64,000 nt of DNA from a virus (Duplodnaviria > Caudoviricetes): positions 20,047-84,046 of IMG/VR virus record IMGVR_UViG_3300037483_000925, one strand, 5' to 3'. Below are positions 29,240-39,201 of this stretch, piece after piece. Position 1 is the stretch's first letter; every line of letters begins with the position of its first letter. The notes below the pieces were generated by a model. The model saw nothing but the letters and a program-made list of their open reading frames with translations. It searched no databases and was not told the origin of the DNA. The position numbers and the translations under genes are program-made.

Positions 29240-29487
29240 TGGCCACCAAGGAGCAGGTCCACCTGGCCCTGGCCATCGTCGAGGGCCGGCAGGAGCCGAA
29301 GCCTGGACAGGGAGCGATCATGACCATAGTCTGCGGCTGTGATGTATGCAATAGCCCCAGGGCCATAGTCGACGGCAAGACCAAATCCGGCCTCTGGGCC
29401 AACATGTGCACAGCCTGCTTCTCGGAATACGGCGTGGGCATCGGCACGGGCCTGGGACAGGTACTGATCTGGAAACCGGATGTTTAA
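29239..29487 (+). CDS. Small Zn-finger protein
   Basis: CDVC...WANMCTAC. Confidence 0.65.
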   Translation: MATKEQVHLALAIVEGRQEPKPGQGAIMTIVCGCDVCNSPRAIVDGKTKSGLWANMCTACFSEYGVGIGTGLGQVLIWKPDV

Positions 29488-30379
29488 TGCTCCCACCTAC
29501 TTCCGGGACCACAGGATCGGCTTCACGGACCACGGAGCCAAGTCCTCCGTCGGCTGGATCAACCTCCATTGCCCGTTCTGCCGGTCCCACAAAGAGCATC
29601 TCGGATTCAATCTTGAGGAGGGGCATTTCCATTGCTGGAAGTGCGGGTTCCACCCGGTCGAGGACGTGGTCATGGCCCTGGAAAGGTGCGAGTACCACGA
29701 GGCCTGCCGGATCGTTCAGGAGTACGAGGCCGACTTCGAGTACCGACCCCCTCCAGGTACCCATACCCAGGCCCAGGGCACGCAGGGCCCCCTGGAATGG
29801 CCCCCGGGCACCGTCCCCCTCCAGGAAGTCCACAAGAACTACCTGGCCTCCCGGGGCTTCGACCCGGACTACCTGGAAGCCAAGTACGGGCTCATGGGCA
29901 CGGTCAATGCCGGACCCTATGCCGCCCGGGTCATGGTCCCCATCATCTGGCAGGGGCAGATGGTCTCCTACCAGGGGCGGCTCATGGTCAGGGGCGAGCC
30001 CAAGTACAAGGCGTGCGTAAAGGACAAGGAACTGATCCACCACAAGCACGTCCTCTACAACCTGGACAATGCCGGGAACTCGGGGGTGGTGGTGGAGGGC
30101 GTGTTCGATGCCTGGCGCCTGGGGGATGGGGCCGTGGCCACGTTCGGGACAAGTATGGACCGGTCCTCCCCACAGATCCTGCACCTGGCCGGGAAGTTCA
30201 GGAGGGTCTTCGTCATGTTCGACGCCGAGGCCCCGGCCCAGAGGCGGGCCAGGTGGCTCCGGGACCAACTTTCGGCCCTGGGGGTCGAGGCCGTGAACGT
30301 AGCCCTGGACAAGGGCGACCCCGGGGACATGGGGAAGGAGGAGGCCCAGGAAATGAAAAGGAGATTATTAAATGCTTGA
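29480..30379 (+). CDS. DNA primase (Zn-finger plus TOPRIM)
   Basis: CPFC..H..CWKC; VVVEGVFDA; MFDAE; DPGD. Confidence 0.9.
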   Translation: MFNAPTYFRDHRIGFTDHGAKSSVGWINLHCPFCRSHKEHLGFNLEEGHFHCWKCGFHPVEDVVMALERCEYHEACRIVQEYEADFEYRPPPGTHTQAQGTQGPLEWPPGTVPLQEVHKNYLASRGFDPDYLEAKYGLMGTVNAGPYAARVMVPIIWQGQMVSYQGRLMVRGEPKYKACVKDKELIHHKHVLYNLDNAGNSGVVVEGVFDAWRLGDGAVATFGTSMDRSSPQILHLAGKFRRVFVMFDAEAPAQRRARWLRDQLSALGVEAVNVALDKGDPGDMGKEEAQEMKRRLLNA

Positions 30380-30710
30380 CCAGTTGCTGATGGACATGCT
30401 CCAGAACAAGGAAAAGGTCCTGGCCCAGATACTGGCTGATGCCGATCAGACCCAAACCATAATCCAGGGCCTGGGAAAGGTGGTAGATCGCATTGAGGAC
30501 TCGAGTGAGGCCGATTTGCGTAAACAATTCCAGACCCTGCTCAAGATCACTGCCCGCCAAAACCAAACGCTGCGGCGCCTCCTGGTAGTGGCCTTCGTCT
30601 ATATCCAAAGTAATGACTTTGATGGAAGTCTAGGCCAAGCACTCAGTAAGATGGGACGAGGGAAAGAAGCTCTACAAGCCATGTTTAAAAATAAAATGGG
30701 AGGAAAATGA
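30372..30710 (+). CDS. Hypothetical protein
   Basis: Coupled to the primase stop. Confidence 0.6.
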   Translation: MLDQLLMDMLQNKEKVLAQILADADQTQTIIQGLGKVVDRIEDSSEADLRKQFQTLLKITARQNQTLRRLLVVAFVYIQSNDFDGSLGQALSKMGRGKEALQAMFKNKMGGK

Positions 30711-30997
30711 TTATGAAGCAACTTATCGGAATCGCATTGCTGCTGTTCTGGCTCCCAAGCTGCGTGCCGGTGGCCATCATGTACGGGGCTCATAAGCTGA
30801 GCGAGGCCAAGACCGAATCGGCCCAGAAGGCCCAGCGCTCAGCCGACCTACGGACCTACTCGGAATACCGACTCGGAATGGAGAAGGTGAATCTTGATCG
30901 GGAGAAGGCCAAGCTAAAAGTTACCCCAATCATGTCCCAGGAAGAATGGATTTCTGCCCAGACCGCAGGCCGGCCGGCTATCGCCCCTGCCAAATGA
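30707..30997 (+). CDS. Putative lipoprotein
   Basis: Signal peptide ending in a lipobox-like LPSC. Confidence 0.6.
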   Translation: MIMKQLIGIALLLFWLPSCVPVAIMYGAHKLSEAKTESAQKAQRSADLRTYSEYRLGMEKVNLDREKAKLKVTPIMSQEEWISAQTAGRPAIAPAK

Positions 30998-31365
30998 GGC
31001 CCAAAAAGTCCAGGCCCCACACCCCGCAGGGGGCCAGGACCGGGGAACGCCGGCCAACTTACGACAGCTTTGGCCGGATCATAGACCCGGGCTGCCCCCT
31101 GTGGGAGATCTGCCTTGAGGACGCAGCCCGGGATAACCGGCCCTGCGTCCCATGCCGGGTGTGTGATAAGAAAATATAATAGTAAAAAATTTATTCATTA
31201 GAAAAATTAATAAAAAATATATTAGGTAATTCTTAGGTTTTGGCCTATAATAAAATTACCTTTTTCGGCTAAAGTAATTTCAGTTTTTCCCATCAGCCTG
31301 GGGTCCCTGATCAGGCCCCAGGCTCCTACCCCCGAAAGAGGCAAGAAGTCGGAAAAGGAAACAGA

Positions 31366-31971
31366 ATGTCAAATGTAAGATCATTTCCTATAAAATATTT
31401 TCCCATCACTAAAGAAGCAAAAGAACTTGCAGAAGAATACTATGGCGATAGTTATCTCGAGCCCTTATCTGCTATAATCCTTTCCTTTATTCAGCTATAC
31501 AACCTTCCCTGGACAATAACCCAGCTAATCTCCTTAACATTAAAAAACAAAAAACTAATAGTTCTTTATATAGAAGATGAAGAGCCAGCGGTTTTGAACT
31601 GGTATAGTTTTTCTACCGACCTAAAAGAAATGGCGGCAAGCCATGCGCTTAGCAGTTTTTTGCTCGAAGAAGATTTTCCCCATTTTGACAGGGAGTTATT
31701 TATAAGATATTACAAATATTTGATGGAGATCGAAGAAACAGACTGGTGGGATCTTATGGAATATGTGCAATTTGCATATCAAGTAAACTTCATGGAATCT
31801 GGTATCTTCGAATTAATAAAATCAATGGCCGAGGACGGCCTCCTAACCGACATTCTGGGGGTAGATCAATGGCTCAAAAAAACATCGATCAAACTGCGAC
31901 AACAATGGAAGAAACCTCCACTGAAAACACCAAGACCACCAATTATCCAACATGGTGGCCAAGAAACCTAA
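31366..31971 (+). CDS. AT-rich hypothetical protein
   Basis: 201-aa ORF after an AT-rich promoter region; overlaps the next gene. Confidence 0.55.
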   Translation: MSNVRSFPIKYFPITKEAKELAEEYYGDSYLEPLSAIILSFIQLYNLPWTITQLISLTLKNKKLIVLYIEDEEPAVLNWYSFSTDLKEMAASHALSSFLLEEDFPHFDRELFIRYYKYLMEIEETDWWDLMEYVQFAYQVNFMESGIFELIKSMAEDGLLTDILGVDQWLKKTSIKLRQQWKKPPLKTPRPPIIQHGGQET

Positions 31972-33716
31972 AAAACTATCTGGAAAAAGTCAAGCCTCCT
32001 CCCTGGGACGACAATACCTTTATCTCCCTCCCCAACGAGATATTGGAAATCAATTTAGGGTTACCAGAAAAGATCACCATCGGTGATACCTGGGTATTGA
32101 TGTTCCTTGCAAGAAAGGCAGCCCAAGACCCAGAATGCAATTGCCGACTATCCATCAAGGAAATAAGCGCTGCCATGGGGCCGTCGACCGGCAATGATAA
32201 TAAACCCCAAGCTCGGGTAATCAGAAGATTAAGGAAATTTGAGCGATGTAAACTAATAGGGATAGAGCGGGTTCATGGGCAGGGGAGAAAAAATATCATC
32301 CAAGTATCCTCTGATCTTATAGAAATAGCTCTCCGGGCTGACAGAAGAGAAACCAAATCCATTCTAATAGGCCCGGAGATTTTTCTCTTAAATCTCCCCC
32401 TCTCAACCAAAACCGCCCTGGGAATCAAAAAGGCCTTGCCAAGAGTGAAGGCCACCACCCTAGCAAAGAAACTGAGGATCACATTCCAACAGGCCCAAAA
32501 CCATCTCAATTTCATCGGACAAACAGACTTCTCTATCCATTCTAAAAACCCCCCCAAAACTTTAATGAAACCCCCCCAAAACTTTAATGAAACCCCCCCA
32601 AAACTTGAAAAAGGTATAGATCAGGGTATAGACCTTGGGTTTAGCTTCAATATCCTAGGGGATATTGAAGGGGGCTTCGCCCCCCAAGCAATCGAAAACC
32701 TTCCCCATATGAAGGAGAGTAATTACATGCAAACTGTCCAGGCTGACCATAGGTACCCAACACCAAAAGTAAGACCAAAAGACCTTTATAATAAAGCCTA
32801 TCCGAAACCCCCCCCCACAGTGAGAATGACACGGGAGATCAAAGACGAATTGGAGCATGAAATTTTCCAGCACGATTTCATCACCCGGAACAAAAAACCG
32901 GATGCCCTGAGAAAATCAGCAAAAGTGGTTCAGGCCCTGAGCAGTCCCGGGGGGCTGTCGAATATCCTGGACAAAACAGAAATCGACCATATTGTACATA
33001 CCATGTCTGGGAACAAGATCAAGCCCCTGTCCCCAGACCAAATCATGGGAATCATCCAAAAGCAGTTTACAGACACAGAAAGGGTAAGGCTATATGAACT
33101 GCTTTCCCTGAATAATTCCCCGGCCTATGGGGGAAGAGGAAGGCAATCTCTATCAAAAATGGCCTATGACAACAGGGCTAATCCGGGGTGGAGCGATATT
33201 GTCTGGGTATGGCTCAGGCCGCCCCAGTTCCAGGGCAAACCCACCATCAAGTGTCCCCCTGATCTCGAGAGGCCCCTGGCCATCGTCCAGGAGTTCATGC
33301 CCCAGGCCAACCGGAACGTCGCCATCAACCTCCTGAAGGAGGCCAAGGTCCACTACGACAAGGACATCCTGCCCCTGGAGGAGAGACTCCGGGCCTCGAC
33401 CGGATTCATTGCCTTCCTGAGGAATTTTTTAAAGTGGGGCTATAATAAGGCAACGGAAAGATGGCCCCTGAACCCGGCCTGGCTCAAGACCAATAACGGG
33501 TTCTTCCTGGAGTGGGAGGCCGAATACAGGGAGGAGCTCCAGAAGGACGCCGACATCAGGGCGGCCGGTGCCAGGAAGCGGGCCGACGGGGAAAGGCAGG
33601 ACCTGATGAAGAGGATCATCGATGACCTGGACAACTACGACGAGGAGCACTGCCGGGAGAGGTACCCGGCCAAGATGGTGGACGAGGCGGTGAGATACAT
33701 GGAAAGCATGGTGTGA
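31869..33716 (+). CDS. Replication initiator-like protein with an N-terminal HTH and internal 22-bp repeats
   Basis: LSIKEISAAMG...VIRRLRKFE..KLI winged-HTH pattern; GGAGG RBS before 31869; lies upstream of the helicase. Confidence 0.55.
   Translation: MAQKNIDQTATTMEETSTENTKTTNYPTWWPRNLKNYLEKVKPPPWDDNTFISLPNEILEINLGLPEKITIGDTWVLMFLARKAAQDPECNCRLSIKEISAAMGPSTGNDNKPQARVIRRLRKFERCKLIGIERVHGQGRKNIIQVSSDLIEIALRADRRETKSILIGPEIFLLNLPLSTKTALGIKKALPRVKATTLAKKLRITFQQAQNHLNFIGQTDFSIHSKNPPKTLMKPPQNFNETPPKLEKGIDQGIDLGFSFNILGDIEGGFAPQAIENLPHMKESNYMQTVQADHRYPTPKVRPKDLYNKAYPKPPPTVRMTREIKDELEHEIFQHDFITRNKKPDALRKSAKVVQALSSPGGLSNILDKTEIDHIVHTMSGNKIKPLSPDQIMGIIQKQFTDTERVRLYELLSLNNSPAYGGRGRQSLSKMAYDNRANPGWSDIVWVWLRPPQFQGKPTIKCPPDLERPLAIVQEFMPQANRNVAINLLKEAKVHYDKDILPLEERLRASTGFIAFLRNFLKWGYNKATERWPLNPAWLKTNNGFFLEWEAEYREELQKDADIRAAGARKRADGERQDLMKRIIDDLDNYDEEHCRERYPAKMVDEAVRYMESMV
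32546..32606 (+). repeat. 2.8 tandem copies of the 22-bp unit AAACCCCCCCAAAACTTTAATG (iteron-like)
   Basis: Exact copies start at 32546, 32568 and 32590; the unit length is not a multiple of 3. Confidence 0.85.
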
Positions 33717-34513
33717 TGATGATTACCTGCCATATCAAAGTACGGACCCTGGAGCAGGCATGGCTCCAAGTCATAGCCGAGATCATGGACCGGGGCCGGG
33801 AGTACCGTAAGGACGGCGGGTCCCGAGCAGGGATGCTGCGCAAGGCCCTGGATCTGATGGTCGTAGAAATCAGCCATCCGGAGGAGCGGCCCCTGGTGCC
33901 CCTGGCAAGGCCCGGTCTCATCGGGACCATTACCGAGGACGACGCCGAAGGCTATCTCCGGGAATACCTGTACAACACCGAGGATCCGGCCGAGCACGAG
34001 TCATACACCTACGCCCAATACCTGACCCCTGCCATCCACGCCACGGCCAGGCACTACGCCCAGGCCGGATTCTACGTCCAGCAGGCGATCATGCCCGTGG
34101 GTATGCCGGACGACGTCGTGCGCTACGTCGAGCCCCATGACCGGGATACGATCTCCATCCCCTGCCTGAGGATGATCGACACCAGGATAATCAAGGCACC
34201 TTGTGAAAAGTGTTTCGGTGGCGGCACTGTTCCTGTTGGCAGACCTATCGAAATTAAGGATTGTGAGATATGTCAAGGAACAGGTCAAGGAGAAGATTAT
34301 CTTTATTACTACGTCTATTTCCGGGCATGGAACCACTTCGGGGCCTTCCCCCTGAACATGGCCGGCATCCAACTTCTTAAGGAGATCCACTGCGCCGTCA
34401 TTGGACACGAATCCGGGAAGCAGGTATTCCCCGGCCCCACCGTGGCCATGAGCAAGGACAGCCACATCAATGACATCGAGTGGGACGCCGCCAACGCCTG
34501 GCTGGGAAGATGA
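33713..34513 (+). CDS. thyA: Thymidylate synthase of the short archaeal/deltaproteobacterial type, with a DnaJ-like Zn-finger insert
   Basis: IPCLRMIDTR with the catalytic Cys; YFRAWNHFGAFPLNMAGIQLLKE; CxxCxGxG occurs twice. Confidence 0.75.
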   Translation: MMMITCHIKVRTLEQAWLQVIAEIMDRGREYRKDGGSRAGMLRKALDLMVVEISHPEERPLVPLARPGLIGTITEDDAEGYLREYLYNTEDPAEHESYTYAQYLTPAIHATARHYAQAGFYVQQAIMPVGMPDDVVRYVEPHDRDTISIPCLRMIDTRIIKAPCEKCFGGGTVPVGRPIEIKDCEICQGTGQGEDYLYYYVYFRAWNHFGAFPLNMAGIQLLKEIHCAVIGHESGKQVFPGPTVAMSKDSHINDIEWDAANAWLGR

Positions 34514-35223
34514 TCTACCATCATTCCTCGACATCGATGCCGGAGCTGGCCGATGGCTCGGTCCATTGCATCATAACCTCCCCGCCCTATCCCATGATCG
34601 AGAAATGGGATGGCTTGTTTGCCGGATTCAACTGCAAGGATTGGTCTGACCAGGTAGGCATGATCTGGCGGGTGTTCAGGGAGGGGATTAGGGCGCTGGC
34701 CCCGGGCGGGATCATCTGCCTGAACATTGGAGATGCCACAAGGTCGCTGAACGGTAACTTCACCTGCTATCCGAATTATGCCTACCTGGCCACCCTGCTG
34801 GCCCTGCAAAGGGATATCTGGCCCCTGATCCCCATCCTTTGGAAGAAGATCAGCAACCGACCCAATGCCTTCCTCGGCTCGGGATTCCTGCCGGTCAATG
34901 CCTATGTCTCCCAGGACCACGAGTATATCGGCATCTTCCGCAAGGGGAAGCTGCGGCAATTCCATGGAGAAGAGAAGGAAAGAAGGGAACGATCCTCGTT
35001 CACCAAGGACGAGCGGGATCTGTGGTTCAGGCAGGTTTGGGAGATCAAGGGTAAGCCCGGGGCTGGAAAAGATTCCGGCTGGCCCGAGGAGGTCCCCTAC
35101 CGCCTGATGCGGATGTTCTCCATAATCGGGGACACCATCCTTGATCCGTTCTGCGGCAAGGGCGAAGGGGGGCTGTATGCAGGCTGGGGGCGCAGGTTTG
35201 TGGGCTATGAGATAAATCCATAA
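34510..35223 (+). CDS. N4-C/N6-A DNA methyltransferase
   Basis: ITSPPY motif IV; ILDPFCGKG motif I. Confidence 0.9.
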   Translation: MIYHHSSTSMPELADGSVHCIITSPPYPMIEKWDGLFAGFNCKDWSDQVGMIWRVFREGIRALAPGGIICLNIGDATRSLNGNFTCYPNYAYLATLLALQRDIWPLIPILWKKISNRPNAFLGSGFLPVNAYVSQDHEYIGIFRKGKLRQFHGEEKERRERSSFTKDERDLWFRQVWEIKGKPGAGKDSGWPEEVPYRLMRMFSIIGDTILDPFCGKGEGGLYAGWGRRFVGYEINP

Positions 35224-36737
35224 TGTCCATCCCCGCCTTCACCCTTCAGCAGAGCTCGGCCTTCGTGGAGCGGACCATAGCCACGGCCATGATCGTCAGT
35301 GACCGGGCGCTCAGGGCCATCGGCCTCCAGCTCAAGCCCAGGTACTTCACTGCCGCCTTCGCAGCCCGGGTCTCTGAGTGGTGCCTGGGTTACCAGGACA
35401 AGTACGGCAAGGCCCCGGGAGCGGACATCCAGGTGCTGTTCGAAAGCCACAGGCGCAACGGCATGCCCCAGGACGAGGCCCAGATCATCGGCCAGTTCCT
35501 GTCGTCCATCAGCCATGAGTTCGAGAAGACAGAAAAATTTAATGAACAGCTTGCCATTGACGAGGCCCTGAAATACTTCCATGAGCGGGCCTTGACCCTG
35601 CTCAGGGACGACCTGGACTATCACCTGTCCGGGGGCAACGTCGTCCAGGCCCACGCCGCCGTGTCCCAGTTTGTGGCCCCGGCCGAGAGGATCGCCTTGG
35701 GGTTCGAGCCCCTCGATGACATGGAGGGGATGAGGGCCGCCTTCGAGGATAAGTCCCAACTATTCGACCTGCCCGGGGACCTGGGCAAGATGATCAGCAG
35801 TCTGGAGAGGGACAACAGCGTGGCCGTGGTGGGCAAATTCAAGGCCACCAAGAGTTTCACATCACAGTACCTGGGCTTCCATGCCCTGTACTCGGGCCTG
35901 GATGTGGCCTGGTTCGACTTTGAGATGGGGGGCAGGAGGATCAGGCGCCGGATAGCCCAGGCGATTTGCGCCATGCCCCTGAGACCCCCGGACGGGGACC
36001 GGCTCCTGATCCCGGTCTGGGACTGCAAGAAGAACCAGTCCGGGGAATGCTCCCGGCCGGGGAGGACCGGCTCCGTGTCCCTATTGAAGGATAACCAGAG
36101 ACCCAAGTGGACGGAGGCAGCCCCGGGCTACCGGCCCTGCGACGTCTGTTTGGAACGGGAGCTGGACACCTGGTTCATGGAGCTGGGCTTCTCCGTCCTG
36201 GACTGGCGCGGGGCCTGGCAAAAGGCCCAGCAGGTGGCTGGGTCGGTGATGGGGGCCAAACTCAAGGTCCAGAGCTGGCCCAAGTTCAGCGCCGGGCTCC
36301 AGGACGTGAGAGCCACCTTGGACGTATGGCGGCATTTGGAGGGTTTCAATCCGGACATCATCATCGTGGACCAGCCCAGTGGCATGAGATTGGAGGGCCG
36401 GGGCCGGGATGACCGCAGGAAGATCGACGACCTTTGGAAGGGGCTCTGCGCCCTGCCCCAGGAACTCCACTGCCTGGGCATCTACCCCTCCCAGGCCGGG
36501 GGCAAGGACGCCCAGGAACGGAAGAGGCTCCGGGACAGCGACGTGGCCGAGCACGTGGGGATACTCGGGCATGTGGACTGCACCATCAAGATAGACCAGG
36601 ACGACGTGGACAAGGCCGCGGGCCGGGCCTGGTTCAGCGTGGGGGTAGAGAGGGACAGCGCTTCGCCCGAGCAGTATTGCTGCGTGCTCCAGTGCCTGGA
36701 CTTGGGCCAGCCCGTGCTTGACAGTCGTTTTCGGTAA
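35223..36737 (+). CDS. Replicative DnaB/gp41-like helicase
   Basis: Degenerate Walker A GKFKATKS, DFEM, IIVDQ, SQA, D.AEH..ILGHVD; Cys-rich insert. Confidence 0.75.
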   Translation: MSIPAFTLQQSSAFVERTIATAMIVSDRALRAIGLQLKPRYFTAAFAARVSEWCLGYQDKYGKAPGADIQVLFESHRRNGMPQDEAQIIGQFLSSISHEFEKTEKFNEQLAIDEALKYFHERALTLLRDDLDYHLSGGNVVQAHAAVSQFVAPAERIALGFEPLDDMEGMRAAFEDKSQLFDLPGDLGKMISSLERDNSVAVVGKFKATKSFTSQYLGFHALYSGLDVAWFDFEMGGRRIRRRIAQAICAMPLRPPDGDRLLIPVWDCKKNQSGECSRPGRTGSVSLLKDNQRPKWTEAAPGYRPCDVCLERELDTWFMELGFSVLDWRGAWQKAQQVAGSVMGAKLKVQSWPKFSAGLQDVRATLDVWRHLEGFNPDIIIVDQPSGMRLEGRGRDDRRKIDDLWKGLCALPQELHCLGIYPSQAGGKDAQERKRLRDSDVAEHVGILGHVDCTIKIDQDDVDKAAGRAWFSVGVERDSASPEQYCCVLQCLDLGQPVLDSRFR

Positions 36738-36751
36738 AATTGCTATAATAT
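36736..36751 (+). promoter_or_regulatory. Phage promoter motif copy (AAAATTGCTATAATAT)
   Basis: Upstream of the queD RBS. Confidence 0.7.
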
Positions 36752-36767
36752 AGGCAAGGAGAGACCA

Positions 36768-37145
36768 ATGCCACTGACCATCGTCAAGAGATTCGAATTC
36801 GGAGCCGCCCACCGGCTCCCCAACTACAAAGGCCCTTGTCAGAACCTCCACGGCCATAATTGGACCTTGGAGGTGGGGGTTACTGGTCCTGTGGATCGGA
36901 TTACCGGAATGATCGCCGACTTCAAGCAACTCAAGGATCTGGTCAACGACCATATCATTTCCCTTGTGGACCACCAATGCCTTAACGAGGCAGGTATCCC
37001 GGGGGTATCCCCCAATCCCACGGCCGAGAACATGGTCCAGTGGATGGTCCAGGTCCTGACCCATTACCTGAAGAAGACCGGATGCGAATTGGCCCTGATC
37101 CGACTCTGGGAAACCAGTACCAGCTATGCGGAGTGGAGACCATGA
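36768..37145 (+). CDS. queD: 6-carboxy-5,6,7,8-tetrahydropterin synthase
   Basis: F.AAHRL, C.NLHGHN, DH..LN, PTAEN and WET motifs. Confidence 0.95.
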   Translation: MPLTIVKRFEFGAAHRLPNYKGPCQNLHGHNWTLEVGVTGPVDRITGMIADFKQLKDLVNDHIISLVDHQCLNEAGIPGVSPNPTAENMVQWMVQVLTHYLKKTGCELALIRLWETSTSYAEWRP

Positions 37146-37789
37146 GAATCCATTCCCATTTTTTAAGCATCGACGGCGAGGTCAACTTCATGGGCCAAGG
37201 GATTCCCAGCATCTTCCTCCGGCTCCAGGGTTGTAATATAAGACCATTTTGCTCCTATTGCGACGTACCCGAGGCCCAGGACCCGAAGGGCGGTCAGGAG
37301 ATGTCTGTTCAGGAGGTCTTCGACATTATCCGCGGTTATGAATGCCCCAAGATTACTATAACCGGTGGTGAGCCCCTGCTCCAGGACAAAGAAATCCACA
37401 AGCTCCTGAACAGACTCTTTCCATACAAATATAAGATCAGTATCGAAACCAACGGCACCATATCCACGGCCCGGTTCCGGGAATGTAGGAAACCAGACCC
37501 GGACGTGGCCCTGGTGGTGGATTACAAATTTTCTGGTCATAATCCCGAAGCATTCAAGTATCTCCGGGAATGGGACTGGGTCAAGGTGGTGGTCGCGGGC
37601 AGGGATGATTTTGAAGCAGCCAGGGATGTCCTTAAATGGTCCCGGGCCTGCGGCTCCAAGGCTCGCTTTGCCCTGAGCCCGGTCCACGGGGTGCTCCCGG
37701 GCAAGGTCCTGGCCGAGTGGATCCTCGATGCCAAGATGTGGGATGTGACCTTGAACTGCCAGATTCACAAATTTTTATCCTTGCCGTAA
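37142..37789 (+). CDS. queE: 7-carboxy-7-deazaguanine synthase (radical SAM)
   Basis: F.SIDGE, RLQGCN..CSYCD (Cx5Cx2C variant), ITGGEP, IETNG, QIHK. Confidence 0.92.
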   Translation: MRIHSHFLSIDGEVNFMGQGIPSIFLRLQGCNIRPFCSYCDVPEAQDPKGGQEMSVQEVFDIIRGYECPKITITGGEPLLQDKEIHKLLNRLFPYKYKISIETNGTISTARFRECRKPDPDVALVVDYKFSGHNPEAFKYLREWDWVKVVVAGRDDFEAARDVLKWSRACGSKARFALSPVHGVLPGKVLAEWILDAKMWDVTLNCQIHKFLSLP

Positions 37790-37810
37790 GAAAAATCCAA
37801 AAAATTGACC

Positions 37811-37827
37811 AGAACTCGCTATAATAT
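37811..37827 (+). promoter_or_regulatory. Phage promoter motif copy (AGAACTCGCTATAATAT)
   Basis: Matches the consensus; intergenic. Confidence 0.65.
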
Positions 37828-37829
37828 AA

Positions 37830-38741
37830 ATGACAGATAAAAATGAATTTCCAATAACCAAACCAAAGGAGCAGAGCATGGACACCGGCAGTTTCACCAC
37901 CAACAAGGACGGCGGCGACGGCTACAAGGCCTGCCGCAAGGCCCTCCAGGAGGCATTCAAGGACATCAACGAGGTATTGCAGCCCAAGCCCAAGCTGAAC
38001 ATCATGATGGGCACGGACAAGATGGCCGAGGTCGTCGTTGCCCAGATCGCCGCCTGCATCGGCCAGGATGCCGTAGGCAACCCCACCTGGACCAATCCCG
38101 CGGCCGTGAACCTGAGCCCGGACACCATCAAGCTGTACGAATGGTGCGTGGGTCAGCGGACTCAGGAATCAATCCAAGACCCGAATTCAGTGGCTCAGAC
38201 CGTAGGTAAAGAGCAAATGGCCTTTACCAATGCAGAAGGAGAGGAGATAGTTGTCACTACGGCCCAGGACGCCGCCCAGGCCGCCGAGGACATCTACCTG
38301 GCCGACGGCGAGGAGTGCCCGGGCTGGGTCAAGAAAGCCGGACCCACCAACCCCAAATACGAGGCCATCTGCTTGGTCTGTTCCCGGCTGGCGGCTTGCG
38401 CCGATCGGGCTGGGGCGGCCAAGCCCAAGGCCGGGGCCAAGAAGACCGCCGGGGAGAAGGCAGTGGAGAAGGTCCAAAAAGACGCCGACAAGGCTGCGGC
38501 CAAGGAGGCCAAGAAAGCGGAGCGGGCAGCGGCCAAGGCCGCGGGTAAACTTGCGACTCGGGTCCGGACCGATGGCCCCTCTAATAAACAAAAGGTTTTC
38601 GTCTCCTGGAAAGCCAATCAGACCAAAACGGCCGACATTCTCGGTTCCGAAGTGGATGGTGCCATTAAGACCCAGACCATTAAATCCTGGATCGGTTCTT
38701 GGAAACATGGCAAAAATCTGCCAGCTGGGTCTACGGTCTAA
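37830..38741 (+). CDS. Hypothetical protein with a 4-Cys motif and a Lys/Ala-rich histone-like segment
   Basis: CPGW...CLVCSRLAAC; KAAAKEAKKAERAAAKAA. The true start may be 37878. Confidence 0.65.
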   Translation: MTDKNEFPITKPKEQSMDTGSFTTNKDGGDGYKACRKALQEAFKDINEVLQPKPKLNIMMGTDKMAEVVVAQIAACIGQDAVGNPTWTNPAAVNLSPDTIKLYEWCVGQRTQESIQDPNSVAQTVGKEQMAFTNAEGEEIVVTTAQDAAQAAEDIYLADGEECPGWVKKAGPTNPKYEAICLVCSRLAACADRAGAAKPKAGAKKTAGEKAVEKVQKDADKAAAKEAKKAERAAAKAAGKLATRVRTDGPSNKQKVFVSWKANQTKTADILGSEVDGAIKTQTIKSWIGSWKHGKNLPAGSTV

Positions 38742-38745
38742 TCTC

Positions 38746-39201
38746 ATGATCTCCACCAATTCCCCTGGGGGAGATTATCCCCCAGGGGCCATTGCTTTTA
38801 TCGGTTGTAGTAAATCCAAGAGGAATCACTCTTGTTCTGCTAAAGATATGTATTTGGGAGAGTTATTTAAAAAAGCTTTCAAATATTGTCTCGTCAATAA
38901 TTTTACTATTTATGTTCTCTCTGCCAAATATGGATTATTATCGCCAAATCAGATTATTGATCCTTATGACCAAACTTTAAATACTATGTCACAAGCCGAA
39001 AGGAGAATTTGGTACGATCTAGTAAGAACTCAACTCTACCATTTGCAAGTTCCCGACTTTCTTTTTTATTTCTTTTGTGGAGAGAAATACCATCTACCCT
39101 TTCAGGGAAATAAACCCCTACAAGGATTATCCATTGGTCGGCAACTTCAATGGTTTAATCAAAGAACCACTATAATAAAATCAAAAGGATTCGATTTATG
39201 A
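38746..39201 (+). CDS. DUF6884-like protein within the que cluster
   Basis: IGCSKSK...A.DMYLG..F...VLSAKYGL...I.PYD.L. Confidence 0.7.
   Translation: MISTNSPGGDYPPGAIAFIGCSKSKRNHSCSAKDMYLGELFKKAFKYCLVNNFTIYVLSAKYGLLSPNQIIDPYDQTLNTMSQAERRIWYDLVRTQLYHLQVPDFLFYFFCGEKYHLPFQGNKPLQGLSIGRQLQWFNQRTTIIKSKGFDL

Noticed and set aside
36718-36749. TTGACA...TATAAT as a canonical sigma70 promoter
   Set aside because: The spacer is 20 nt and other copies of the -10 motif lack a -35, so it is treated as part of the phage motif.
38251-38745. N-terminal 165 aa of ORF 38251..39201
   Set aside because: This is an alternate-frame overlap with 37830..38741; the recognisable domain starts at the ATG at 38746.
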